Below, in pieces: positions 50,630 through 60,928 of a stretch of DNA of 64,000 nucleotides. The stretch lies in NCBI GenBank assembly GCA_017447485.1, contig JAFSNI010000013.1, positions 38,063 to 102,062 on the forward strand, written 5' to 3'. Under the pieces are notes generated by a model. The model ran no database searches and had not been told where the DNA came from. It saw nothing but the letters and a program-made list of their open reading frames with translations. This stretch comes from Candidatus Saccharimonadota bacterium. Its GTDB lineage: Bacteria > Patescibacteriota > Saccharimonadia > Saccharimonadales > Saccharimonadaceae. Made by a program: the position numbers and the translations under genes. The number at the start of each line of letters is the position of its first letter. The first letter of the stretch is position 1.

Positions 50630-51665
50630 TCGGATTATTTATTTTGATCGCCTAAGAATCATTGCAATCTTCGCGGTAGTGTTCTTGCACGTTGCGGCAC
50701 AAAATTATACCTCCATAGAAGTAAACTCATTCGAATGGGCAGTCTTTAATTTCTATGACGGCTTAGTGCGGTGGGGCGTACCAGTTTTTGTCATGATTAG
50801 TGGAGCACTATTTCTCAGCAAAGACCAACCACTCAAAAAAATATACAAAAAGAATATTCTACGCATAGCCATATTATTGTTATTTTGGTCAACAATCTAT
50901 ACAATTAGCTCTGTCATCGCACATAAAATCAAAACGCCTCAAGATTTCATCTATAACCTCATCCGAGCTCCTGGACATTTGTGGTTTTTATATATGATAA
51001 TGGGGTTATATATAATAACACCGTTCTTAAGAAAAATAGTTACCAATAAAAAACTTGCTTGGTATTTTGTTCTTCTCGCCATAGTTTTTTCATTTTTAAT
51101 TCCAAGAATCATTGAACTAGTTGGGATTTGGGCGCCTTCTCTTTCCGAATTATTAAATGATGTCATTGACATGATGAAAATCAATCTAGTCCTGGGTTAT
51201 AGCGGCTATTACATGCTTGGCTATCTGCTAAACAATACACCAATCAACAAAAAAACAGAAATAATCTCTTATGCCCTTGGATTATGCAGCCTATTTTTTT
51301 CAATAATACTTACCTATATTTTATCAAATCATTTGCAAGAATCGAATATTTTATTTTATAATAACTTGTCAATCAATGTTCTGCTAATTAGTGTAGGTAT
51401 CTTTATATTTGCCAAAAAACACCTAAATCATGCACTGGGCGAAAAAAACGAAAAACGCTTAATTTTCCTTTCTAAATGCAGCCTGGGCGTTTATTTAATA
51501 CATATGCTTATATTGAATGTTCTAAGCATTGTCTTTCATATTGATACACTGTCCTTCAACCCAATCTTCTCGGTGCCAATCATTGCTATCTGCATTTTCA
51601 CCCTATCATATATCGTATCGATTATCATGAACAAAATACCTTTTGTTAAAAAATGGCTCGTATAG
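50619..51665 (+). CDS. Acyltransferase-3 family membrane protein
   Basis: DRLR..A...VV.LH, VPVFVMISG, HLWFLY, SLGVYLIH. Confidence 0.9.
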   Translation: MNNNRIIYFDRLRIIAIFAVVFLHVAAQNYTSIEVNSFEWAVFNFYDGLVRWGVPVFVMISGALFLSKDQPLKKIYKKNILRIAILLLFWSTIYTISSVIAHKIKTPQDFIYNLIRAPGHLWFLYMIMGLYIITPFLRKIVTNKKLAWYFVLLAIVFSFLIPRIIELVGIWAPSLSELLNDVIDMMKINLVLGYSGYYMLGYLLNNTPINKKTEIISYALGLCSLFFSIILTYILSNHLQESNILFYNNLSINVLLISVGIFIFAKKHLNHALGEKNEKRLIFLSKCSLGVYLIHMLILNVLSIVFHIDTLSFNPIFSVPIIAICIFTLSYIVSIIMNKIPFVKKWLV

Positions 51666-51763
51666 ACACGTGTTCCGTGGCGCCAGCTTCACTTTTTTCG
51701 CATTATAGTATATAATAAAAAGGGATATTTTTTGCAAAAGCCATATTAATGTAAGGATTTTTA

Positions 51764-52816
51764 ATGCTTGGCATAGGGCAAGTTAAACAGAAAAAAACAA
51801 TAGAAAAATGTAGTATCATAAAAAACTTACTACCAGTTATTTTTATATTGTGCATGACAATCGACGTATTTGCATCAACCACCGCCCTTCACTTCCTCGA
51901 TGTCATCGTGCCCATCGCCCACGTTATCTTCATAATTTATGCCACTATATATCTAGCCTTTTTTGACAGAAAACGTAAAAAACTAAATATCCTCTTGCTC
52001 ATATGTCTAATCATTACAATGGCAGTCATTTCATTCTTCAGCACAAATCATTTGCACTTTATAAATTATGCAATTGACTATCTATTTTGCTATATAGGAT
52101 TAATTTCTTTTATGTCTTGGCGCAGCACCACAAAACATCAGCGCGTTTTATATACTCCATTTTTAATCGCAATATTTTCATATACAATATATATCCTATA
52201 TAATACCATTCGCAGCATCGTCAATCCAGCAAATGACAACAACACGCCCATTACCGTAGCCTTCATTTATCTTATTCTCTTTATCTTGCCAAATGTTCTC
52301 ATTTTCATTATTAACTCTTTCGCAAAGCTAAAAAATAGACATTCCAAGAAATCTGACAGGCAAACCGTAATTTTTGTCGCCAGCGCCGGCGGCCACCTTA
52401 CACAAATCATGGCTCTAAGCCCAATCTTTTCTCGCTATAATTCATATCTAGTCACCGAAAAAACTCCTATTCACCTCAAATCGTCGATCCCTATCAAATA
52501 TGTCCTTTACTGCTCTAGAAAACAACCATTTCCATATTTTTTCAAATCAATAATAAATACCTGCCGCTCTTTTTATTTATTTGCTACAATCAATCCAGAC
52601 GTCATTATCACAACTGGCACCCACACCGCAATACCGCTTTGTCTTTTTGGCTGGTTCTTTAGACGCAAAGTTATTTATATAGAAAGTTTTGCAAAAAACT
52701 CTTCTCCGACTTTAGCTGGACATTTTCTTTACCCTTTTGCGGATACTTTCATAATTCAGTGGAAGAACATGAAAGACTTTTATCCTAGAGCAAAATATTT
52801 TGGAGGCATTTATTGA
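51764..52816 (+). CDS. Membrane domain fused to Alg14/PssD/Cps14F-like glycosyltransferase subunit
   Basis: About 6 TM segments, then ASAGGHL, PDVIITTG, YIESFA, IIQW. Confidence 0.82.
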   Translation: MLGIGQVKQKKTIEKCSIIKNLLPVIFILCMTIDVFASTTALHFLDVIVPIAHVIFIIYATIYLAFFDRKRKKLNILLLICLIITMAVISFFSTNHLHFINYAIDYLFCYIGLISFMSWRSTTKHQRVLYTPFLIAIFSYTIYILYNTIRSIVNPANDNNTPITVAFIYLILFILPNVLIFIINSFAKLKNRHSKKSDRQTVIFVASAGGHLTQIMALSPIFSRYNSYLVTEKTPIHLKSSIPIKYVLYCSRKQPFPYFFKSIINTCRSFYLFATINPDVIITTGTHTAIPLCLFGWFFRRKVIYIESFAKNSSPTLAGHFLYPFADTFIIQWKNMKDFYPRAKYFGGIY

Positions 52817-53280
52817 TGATTTTCATAACTTTAGGTACTCAAAAAGAGCCATTCACACGTTTATTGGACTACGTCGAAGAGGCAAACACGCATGAAAAAA
52901 TCATTGCCCAAGTTGGGCACACAAATTATCAAAGCAATAAAATGGAAGTTCTCAACTTTGTCTCCAATGAGCAACTGACGAGCTACATCAAAAAAGCAGA
53001 TATTGTCATCACCCATGGCGGAACCGGCTCAGTTCTAACTGCACTCAAAAATAACAAAAAAGTTATCGCCTGCGCTCGTCTCAAAAAGTTCGGCGAGCAC
53101 GTCGATGACCACCAAAAAGAGCTTGTTGAACTTTTTGACAAAAAAGGCCATCTAATCGAATTGGACGAAAAGACTTCGCTTGATAAAATTCTTGCAAATA
53201 TAAAGAATTTTAAACCGAAGCCATACTCTAGTAATACTAACACATTCATTAAGCACATAATATCGGAAATCGAAAGTTAA
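52813..53280 (+). CDS. Alg13/PssE/Cps14G-like glycosyltransferase (GT28 C-terminal) subunit
   Basis: MIFITLGTQ..PF.RL, ITHGGTGS, EHVDDHQ. Confidence 0.9.
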   Translation: MMIFITLGTQKEPFTRLLDYVEEANTHEKIIAQVGHTNYQSNKMEVLNFVSNEQLTSYIKKADIVITHGGTGSVLTALKNNKKVIACARLKKFGEHVDDHQKELVELFDKKGHLIELDEKTSLDKILANIKNFKPKPYSSNTNTFIKHIISEIES

Positions 53281-53281
53281 A

Positions 53282-54382
53282 ATGAAAAAAAAGAAATTAA
53301 AAATCAACATCTCGAAACTCTCCATCGGCGGCATGGAACGTTCTTTTCTTAATTTCTTAAATATGAGCAATCTGTCCAACGACTACGATATCACAGTTCT
53401 AATCGGATATGTCACCGACCAAAAACTATTGAAACAAATCCCAAAAAACATCAATTACCATATAATTGCTAAAAAATGGAATATCGTTGGAAAAGTTCGC
53501 GCCATCCTCTATCTAGTTTTTTCGATAATCCGAGCAAAAATATCGAGAAATCAATACGATTGCGCAATTGCCTACTCATATCAACACGGTTCGCTTGCTA
53601 GACTAACCAGATTAGAGAGCACCAATAATATCATTTTCATCCATACCGATCTACTAAAATCTCGTTCGCCAAAACAGCTAAAACATCTAATCAGGAAAAC
53701 AAAATTCAATCATTTTTCAAAAGTCATCTGCGTCTCAGATAGTGCTGCTAAATCTTTCAAAAAAATTTTTCCTAATTTTCAAGGCAAAATTTTTACCATA
53801 AATAACTTTATCGATTATTTAGATATCGTTCAAAAGAGCAAAGAACCAGTTAATTTCCAAAAACGAACCACGACTCTCTTAAATGTCTGTCGTCACGAAA
53901 ATGACAAAAACAAAAAAGTTAGTCGCATTTTAAAAGCCGCCAAACGCTTAAAGGACGAGGGCAATACGTTTGAAATCCTTCTAATCGGCAGTGGCAAAGA
54001 GGATTTACGATATAAAAAATATATAGATGCCAACAAGCTTTCAGACTACGTCAAAATGCTAGGCCCGAAATCAAACCCTTTTCCATATTTTCTGCAATCC
54101 GATGCTATAATTATCTCATCTTCTTACGAAGGATATGGTATTGTAATAGACGAGGCACGCGTCTTAAAAATACCCATCATCTCGACCGACATTGGCGATG
54201 CTAAACAAATTTTGTCGCAAGGCTATGGTATTTTATGCGACAATAGCAGTAATGGAGTTTATGAAGGCATCAAAACTTTTCTAAAAACACCACGAAACTA
54301 CAATCATAATTTCTCTGCGAAAAATTTTAATGATAGAATAAATCAAAAGTTACATGAGGCAATTTATGAAAAATCTGAATAA
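53282..54382 (+). CDS. GT4 family glycosyltransferase
   Basis: GGMER, NPFPY, SS.YEGYGIVIDEA, STD.G. Confidence 0.88.
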   Translation: MKKKKLKINISKLSIGGMERSFLNFLNMSNLSNDYDITVLIGYVTDQKLLKQIPKNINYHIIAKKWNIVGKVRAILYLVFSIIRAKISRNQYDCAIAYSYQHGSLARLTRLESTNNIIFIHTDLLKSRSPKQLKHLIRKTKFNHFSKVICVSDSAAKSFKKIFPNFQGKIFTINNFIDYLDIVQKSKEPVNFQKRTTTLLNVCRHENDKNKKVSRILKAAKRLKDEGNTFEILLIGSGKEDLRYKKYIDANKLSDYVKMLGPKSNPFPYFLQSDAIIISSSYEGYGIVIDEARVLKIPIISTDIGDAKQILSQGYGILCDNSSNGVYEGIKTFLKTPRNYNHNFSAKNFNDRINQKLHEAIYEKSE

Positions 54383-55685
54383 AAAATCCATCGACACGAC
54401 AGCCACGAAGAACCATAATATAATATTTAACATTTTATCCATATTCTTCGTAGTCTTCGTTTGTTTTCGCGATATAATAGCCCTCTATACTACAGAATAT
54501 ATTAAAATAATCCCTGATATTATGATATTTATGCTTTTCATTTTTGTAATTGTAAAAAATTACAAAAATTTAAAAATTTCAAAGGGCGACAAGATAGTAT
54601 TTTCTATATTGATACTTGGAACTTTAATTTCAATTTTAAATCAAGTAAACCTAACAAATATCATCTTCCAATTAAGAAGTATTTCAATAATATATATATT
54701 ATATTTTTCTACAAAAAACCTTGGAGTTGAAATCAAATATAAGAAGATCGTCTATACATTTTGTGCCATTACTATTTTCTTAACACTTTTCTCAATTATC
54801 GAAATAATCTCAGAAAAAGAACTGTTATTCCCTGAAGTCTGGAAAAATAACATTGTCTACTCAACATACATCAAGAGAGCATACAGTCTTCTAAACAATC
54901 CCAACACATATGCTGCTTTCGCTATTATTACATATATTATGATTGATTTGCGAGATAAAAAAAATAATTTCGAAAAAGTCCTAACCGTCATTATGTTCTT
55001 GATTGCCTTAATAGCTGTAGGCATATCAGCCTCCAGAAGCGGTGCTATAGCCTTCGTAATCTATTTAATATACAGATTCCTCACATCATTCAAGAATAAG
55101 AGCAAAAATACAAAAATACTATTAGCAGGCACGGCTTCGTTGATTATTATTATAAGCTCAATTTTCGTTTCCAAAAGTCTTTCTGATGCAAACGCCCATA
55201 GTGACCACCAAGAACTCCCATTCTTCAATAGGGTGGTGGTAGACGTTTTTTCCGGCAAAGCGTTCAACAATAACGTGGTTGATGGCAGAATTTACAAAAT
55301 AAACAAGGCCTTGGAGCTTTTCCAAGACAAACCGCTTGCCGGCTTTGGCTTGGGCACATTCGGAAGCTCTGGCAGTATGAGAACAGAACTTCCACACTAT
55401 CAAAAATATGAAATTACAAAAGACTTTTATTCAGACAACGAATATATTGTGATTCTAGTGGAAACCGGAATTATCGGAATCGTAATGTTTTCATTGTTTG
55501 TTTCATCCTTTATAAAAGAAAACATTAAGTCGCGCGGGCTTGTTCCAATAATGATTGTGTTAGCATTTCTTGGATTGTTTTATAATATTATTGAAGTTCT
55601 ACCCCTGACATTTCTTTCGCTATTTGCCATTCTTTCAACCCACAAGAAAGAAAGCAATTCTAGTTCTTCCCGACGCTCTTCTTAA
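54354..55685 (+). CDS. O-antigen ligase / Wzy-like polymerase
   Basis: Multi-TM, NPN, SRSG, G.GLG, DNEY..ILVETGIIG; start may be 54366. Confidence 0.8.
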   Translation: MRQFMKNLNKKSIDTTATKNHNIIFNILSIFFVVFVCFRDIIALYTTEYIKIIPDIMIFMLFIFVIVKNYKNLKISKGDKIVFSILILGTLISILNQVNLTNIIFQLRSISIIYILYFSTKNLGVEIKYKKIVYTFCAITIFLTLFSIIEIISEKELLFPEVWKNNIVYSTYIKRAYSLLNNPNTYAAFAIITYIMIDLRDKKNNFEKVLTVIMFLIALIAVGISASRSGAIAFVIYLIYRFLTSFKNKSKNTKILLAGTASLIIIISSIFVSKSLSDANAHSDHQELPFFNRVVVDVFSGKAFNNNVVDGRIYKINKALELFQDKPLAGFGLGTFGSSGSMRTELPHYQKYEITKDFYSDNEYIVILVETGIIGIVMFSLFVSSFIKENIKSRGLVPIMIVLAFLGLFYNIIEVLPLTFLSLFAILSTHKKESNSSSSRRSS

Positions 55686-57183
55686 AACGCTGTGTGAGCA
55701 ACTTCACTCGTTTTAAGAAGCTTGTTTCTTTTGTAAATCTATAAAACAGTATCGTCAAGACAAAGCTCGCTACGAACAAAGCGAAACCATTTATTGCCCA
55801 TTGCGCCAGATTTATACTTACGAATAATCGATTAATGAAATAGCATATCACCATATTCAACACCAACCCAGCTAAATATTTAAAAATCTTTTTATAATAA
55901 TTCCCTACTTTATCATTAATTATTTTTTTACATATCACCATCGGAAAAGTAATAAACGTTCCCAAAAGAAACGAAATCACCGTTGCTACAAGCACACCTG
56001 TAATGCCATACTTGCCAACCAATGCTAATGATAACACCACATTTGCAACGCTTTGAAAAATCGCGCAATTCCGGACATTTTTAAATTGACCGGAGGCCCT
56101 AATATAAGACTCTAGAGGAATTTTTATAATACCAATATATAATATAGCCACGAACATTAAGCAGGTAAAGCTGTTCACCGTATATTCTTCGCCATACCAA
56201 AGCCCAATAAAACCGCTCAACATATAGAATAGCGGCACAGTTACCATGCTACCAATAAAGAATACCAATGAATTCAACTCATAAAAAGTCTCTCTCGCCT
56301 TGCCTTTTTCGGCCACCAGCAAATTCCCTACGCTGGGAAGAAGCGCAGAATTCAATCTTTGCACTATCAGCACAATCATGTTTACAATTTGGTTATAAGC
56401 CGTATATACTACTACCGGTTTCAATCCGATGAAACTAGATAGAATCAGAATATCAATATTATCATTTACCAATGAACTTATCTTTGTAATAATCAGATTA
56501 TTCGCTTCCTTCTTGAAGCTCATATCCACAGGGAGTTTTTTGTCAATCTTCTTAAGCGATGGATGGTCTTTTCGCGAATTGAATATTAAAATTATGTTCT
56601 TAACTAAACTCATTATCAAGAAAACAACCAATATTAATAAAAGTTTTCCACCAAGCATAGCTATCACAATCGCTGCTATGCTCTCGCATATCGATAAAAT
56701 GTGGTTTAAATTACTAGATTTATATAGTTTCTGTTCGGACTCATACAAAATCGCATGTGCTGATGTAAAATAATTAAACGAACTAGAGATCGTAAATAAT
56801 ATAAAACAAATCCTAACATACCATGATTCAAGTGAAGTTTCCTTAATCAGAAACATTATACCAAATGACAACAATATACCGAGTATAATTATCAATGTGC
56901 CTATTATTGAAAAATACTTTCGTGCACCCAAATAAATTGAATTAATTTTTTTCGTATCTTTTTTATGCACTGGACCATACAAATGAAAAGCTACACTCGC
57001 GCCAATCCCACCTTCTACAAGCGACAAATAAGTAAATAGCTGTGTAAAAAGTTGATACGCCCCGACATAATCTTCACCCAGCTTATCCAACAAAACTTTC
57101 GTTTTGACCAAGCCCAAAACCGCAATAATCGTAGTGAATAAGACGCCATATAAAAAAGTCTTCAATATATTTTTCGTCCTCAT
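55660..57183 (-). CDS. Polysaccharide flippase (Wzx/MATE-like)
   Basis: 12-14 TM segments, LSLVEGGIG; within the glycan cluster. Confidence 0.82.
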   Translation of the reverse strand: MRTKNILKTFLYGVLFTTIIAVLGLVKTKVLLDKLGEDYVGAYQLFTQLFTYLSLVEGGIGASVAFHLYGPVHKKDTKKINSIYLGARKYFSIIGTLIIILGILLSFGIMFLIKETSLESWYVRICFILFTISSSFNYFTSAHAILYESEQKLYKSSNLNHILSICESIAAIVIAMLGGKLLLILVVFLIMSLVKNIILIFNSRKDHPSLKKIDKKLPVDMSFKKEANNLIITKISSLVNDNIDILILSSFIGLKPVVVYTAYNQIVNMIVLIVQRLNSALLPSVGNLLVAEKGKARETFYELNSLVFFIGSMVTVPLFYMLSGFIGLWYGEEYTVNSFTCLMFVAILYIGIIKIPLESYIRASGQFKNVRNCAIFQSVANVVLSLALVGKYGITGVLVATVISFLLGTFITFPMVICKKIINDKVGNYYKKIFKYLAGLVLNMVICYFINRLFVSINLAQWAINGFALFVASFVLTILFYRFTKETSFLKRVKLLTQRFKKSVGKN

Positions 57184-57186
57184 AAA

Positions 57187-58365
57187 TTATATCCTTAGCC
57201 TACGAGCTAAACGCTCAGAGGACTTATTGTCCTCAAAAGCATTGAAAATTTTACAAATTCTCTTACGTTCAGCCTTGTATTCATCCACGCCTTTGTTCAA
57301 ATCATCTATAAACTTCCTCAAATCTTTCATATTCATAATTTTCTGACCAGGCATATAATCCTGAATGTTCTCTATTGAAAAACCAATCGTATAACTATCA
57401 AAATCATCCTGAGTAAAGCCTATCGGTTTATTCGTCAATAAATAGTCAACATATACACTAGAGTAATCAGTAATCAAAGCGTCAGCCATCTTATAGAATT
57501 CCGTCAGCTCAACATCCCTGTCTATTAAATACTTATCATCTATAATAACAATATTTGACAACGAAGCAGCTCTAAAAACCGAAAGATCCTGTGCTGGATG
57601 CGGCTTCAATACCAAGATAATATTTTTTTTCTTTAGATAATCATTAAATTCTTCTAAAGATTTTTTATCATATATAACTGGAATCCCGAGCGGAAATTCA
57701 AAAGAGGAATCCACCCGATTGGTATTATTTGATTTCCTAAAAGTCGGCAGCCACAAAATAACTTTACTAAACCCATTAAAATCATCTACTTTCTTATTAG
57801 TATCAGTATCTTCAAACAACACATCGTTTCTTGGATTCCCAACTACAATAATCTGTTTTCTTTTAAAACCGTTTTGGTCCATCTCTAGTTCTGCGCAAAA
57901 TTCAGAGGCATCCACGCGATAATCTATATCAGCAGTCGGGACCTGATGACGTCCCCTTACGCTTTTTATTGGAACGCCATGGTTAATCCAAACTGTTCTA
58001 GATTTTCTATTAATCTTTAATAAATTCCTATTACTAAAAATCAAAAATTTAGCGTTCTTTGCTATCCAGAAATATTTTATCCATTGCAAAAAAGTCCTCT
58101 TAGCACCAGATCGCCACATCGTAATAAATTTTACATTATATATTTCCCTGTTCTTAAATTTAGCGGCATCATTTACAAACCAATAAATTTTATATTTTTT
58201 ATTGTAATTATGTTCAATCAAATATTCATAAAAAGCCCTGGAATTATCCGAATAATCTATATGGCTCTCAAAAACAATAATATCCTTTATTTTATAAACC
58301 GACCCACAAACCAGCAAAATTTTTTTAAAACTATTTTTTATTTTTTCTTTAATCTTTATAGCCAT
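57187..58365 (-). CDS. CDP-glycerol/polyol phosphotransferase (TagB/TagF family)
   Basis: NHGVPIK, GNPRND, WLPTFR, KPHP, LITDYSSV..DY. Confidence 0.88.
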   Translation of the reverse strand: MAIKIKEKIKNSFKKILLVCGSVYKIKDIIVFESHIDYSDNSRAFYEYLIEHNYNKKYKIYWFVNDAAKFKNREIYNVKFITMWRSGAKRTFLQWIKYFWIAKNAKFLIFSNRNLLKINRKSRTVWINHGVPIKSVRGRHQVPTADIDYRVDASEFCAELEMDQNGFKRKQIIVVGNPRNDVLFEDTDTNKKVDDFNGFSKVILWLPTFRKSNNTNRVDSSFEFPLGIPVIYDKKSLEEFNDYLKKKNIILVLKPHPAQDLSVFRAASLSNIVIIDDKYLIDRDVELTEFYKMADALITDYSSVYVDYLLTNKPIGFTQDDFDSYTIGFSIENIQDYMPGQKIMNMKDLRKFIDDLNKGVDEYKAERKRICKIFNAFEDNKSSERLARRLRI

Positions 58366-58984
58366 TTTCTACCCAAATAATAGCATTTTTATAGTCGTTT
58401 GGTGTATCAATTTCTCTTTCTCTAATAATTTTATAGCCCAAAGGTAAAACCTGTTCCACAAGATGCAATACATGACCATCCGTCGGCGTCAGCTTTCGCG
58501 ATTCAAGCATCGTTACACCAGTCCACTCATATGGGCCATTTTCTTGATAAAAATTGGTGACCTTATTATCTTTTATTCCAACCAAAACAGGATCATCGGT
58601 AGACGGCTTACATACGCCAACAAACTCAGTTTCACTTAATAAAATTTCCTTCATGTCATCAGGGTGTATCAATATATCGCCATCAATAGTTAAAATATAT
58701 TTTCGACTATATTTTTTTGCCAAGCTCACACTAGCACCAGTACCGTTCTGTTGATATCCGTGATTATAAACGAAAACCACATCTCGTCGATAATTCTTCA
58801 CGACTTCAATTACGCGCTCAGCTTGATAGCCGACAACAACTCTAATATCATCAACGTCATTAAGCATCTCCAACGTTCTTATAATTAGTGGTTTCCCATC
58901 AATATCAATAAGTGCCTTTGGCTTGCCAGCCCCTAAACGCGTACCCATCCCGGCACAAGAAATAATTACAGTCTTATTACTCAT
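58349..58984 (-). CDS. NTP transferase (LicC-like cytidylyltransferase)
   Basis: CAGMGTRL...PKAL, VVGY, DGD, EIDTPND; start taken at MSNK. Confidence 0.82.
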   Translation of the reverse strand: MSNKTVIISCAGMGTRLGAGKPKALIDIDGKPLIIRTLEMLNDVDDIRVVVGYQAERVIEVVKNYRRDVVFVYNHGYQQNGTGASVSLAKKYSRKYILTIDGDILIHPDDMKEILLSETEFVGVCKPSTDDPVLVGIKDNKVTNFYQENGPYEWTGVTMLESRKLTPTDGHVLHLVEQVLPLGYKIIREREIDTPNDYKNAIIWVENGYKD

Positions 58985-59603
58985 CAGCGTCCTCCTCATT
59001 CCTTATAGCCGTTAAAAGCTCATATAACTTATTCTCGTCATAAACCGAATAATCAGAAATGTCTAGCAATGCAGGTGCAATTTCACGAACCCCACCAAAC
59101 GATACACTCACATCGGCTTTTCGAAGCATATCATAATCGTTACTGCCATCCCCTATTGCCACAATCTTCGCCTTTGAAGTCAACATATCCTGAACAGAAT
59201 CTTTGGCAAGAATTTCCTTTATTCCAACAATCTTATCATCAACAACTTTAGCGTGCGAACAATAATATCTCCCTTTCATGCCAATTCTATTCATCAACTT
59301 CTCAATCCAGACGTCGAGATTGCTAGTGACAATAAAAGAATTTTCCTTATTTTCATTTAAGAATTTCACAATCGCGTCATTAACGGATATTTCCGAAACC
59401 AGCTCCGCCACCTTAGCGACTGGAATTTGGTTTAACAGTTCAACCCTTGACCTAAAACTTTCCTGAAATGGCAAATCACCCATCATAGTTTTTTCAGTCA
59501 ACTCCCTCATCTCATCTTTTTTGCCAATCTCTTCAGCAATAGTCGGCAAAATCTCCTGTTTCGTAACAGTAGAATCCAAATCGAAAAGAAAAACCGTATT
59601 CAT
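58977..59603 (-). CDS. HAD-IB phosphatase (SerB-like)
   Basis: FDLDST, F.ESF..RV, GDGSND. Confidence 0.85.
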   Translation of the reverse strand: MNTVFLFDLDSTVTKQEILPTIAEEIGKKDEMRELTEKTMMGDLPFQESFRSRVELLNQIPVAKVAELVSEISVNDAIVKFLNENKENSFIVTSNLDVWIEKLMNRIGMKGRYYCSHAKVVDDKIVGIKEILAKDSVQDMLTSKAKIVAIGDGSNDYDMLRKADVSVSFGGVREIAPALLDISDYSVYDENKLYELLTAIRNEEDADE

Positions 59604-59728
59604 TCTTTTTTTATATCACACTATAAACAAAAAATCAATCGCGCCTAAGTAATACGATTAAAGTCTACGACAAAAACCCAAAAATATGTTATAATTTATA
59701 CAAACAAGTCTCAAACAAGGAAAACATC

Positions 59729-60904
59729 ATGAAAATCGCCGTTGCCGGTGCCGGTTATGTAGGTCTTAGCCTCGCCACTTTACTCGCCCAAAATAACGAA
59801 GTTACTTTGCTCGAGATTGTTCCGGAAAAAGTTAAACTCATCAATGACAAAAAATCCCCAATCGAAGATGCCGAGATTAAGGATTTTCTTGCCCATAAAG
59901 ACTTAAATCTAAAAGCCACCGACGATTGGAAAACCGCGTTAAAAGACAAAGATTATATTATCATTGCCACCCCAACCAACTATGACGAAGTTAAAAACTA
60001 TTTCGACACTTCTAGCGTTGAAGATATCATCAAAAAATATCAAAAACTCAATCCGAACGATGAAAATACTGCCATCGTCATCAAGTCCACCATCCCGGTC
60101 GGCTATACCAACCAAATCAGCAAAAAATACCACCTAAACAACATTTTCTTCTCGCCTGAATTTCTCCGCGAAGGTCATGCACTTTATGACAATCTCTATC
60201 CATCTCGCATCGTCATCGGTAGCCATAGCGACAAAGCCAAAAAGTTTGCCGACCTCTTGATAGAAGGCGCCGCCAAACTCGACATTCCAGTCAAGTTCAT
60301 GAACCCAACTGAAGCCGAAGCCGTCAAACTCTTTGCCAATACCTACCTTGCCGTTCGTGTCGCTTATTTTAACGAACTTGATACTTACGCCGAACGTCAA
60401 AACCTAAATGCCAAAGATATTATCGAAGGCGTCTGTCTCGACCCGCGCATCGGCAGCCACTATAATAACCCATCCTTCGGTTACGGTGGTTATTGTTTGC
60501 CAAAAGACACTAAACAGCTCCGCGCTAACTACAAAGATATTCCAGAGACTCTGATTTCCGCCGTCATTGACGCTAATGACATTAGAAAACAGCACATCGC
60601 CGATATGGTCCTTGCCAAGAAGCCAAAAACCGTCGGCATTTATCGCCTCACTATGAAGTCCGGCTCCGATAATTTCCGCTCCAGCGCTATCCAAGACATT
60701 ATCCACTTGCTTTCAAACAAGGATCTCGACATTATTATCTACGAGCCAACCCTCTCAGCCGAATCCTTTGATGGTTACAGAATCGAAAATGACCTCGCAA
60801 AATTCAAAGCTACGAGCGACATCATTCTCGCCAATCGCATTGAAAACGACATCAAAGACATCGCCGACAAAGTTTACACCCGCGATTTATTCGCCCGCGA
60901 TTAA
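59729..60904 (+). CDS. ugd: UDP-glucose 6-dehydrogenase
   Basis: GAGYVG, KSTIPVG, PEFLREG, GYGGYCLPKD, SDNFRSS. Confidence 0.95.
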   Translation: MKIAVAGAGYVGLSLATLLAQNNEVTLLEIVPEKVKLINDKKSPIEDAEIKDFLAHKDLNLKATDDWKTALKDKDYIIIATPTNYDEVKNYFDTSSVEDIIKKYQKLNPNDENTAIVIKSTIPVGYTNQISKKYHLNNIFFSPEFLREGHALYDNLYPSRIVIGSHSDKAKKFADLLIEGAAKLDIPVKFMNPTEAEAVKLFANTYLAVRVAYFNELDTYAERQNLNAKDIIEGVCLDPRIGSHYNNPSFGYGGYCLPKDTKQLRANYKDIPETLISAVIDANDIRKQHIADMVLAKKPKTVGIYRLTMKSGSDNFRSSAIQDIIHLLSNKDLDIIIYEPTLSAESFDGYRIENDLAKFKATSDIILANRIENDIKDIADKVYTRDLFARD

Positions 60905-60928
60905 ACTTTTCATGCTATACTATAATAT

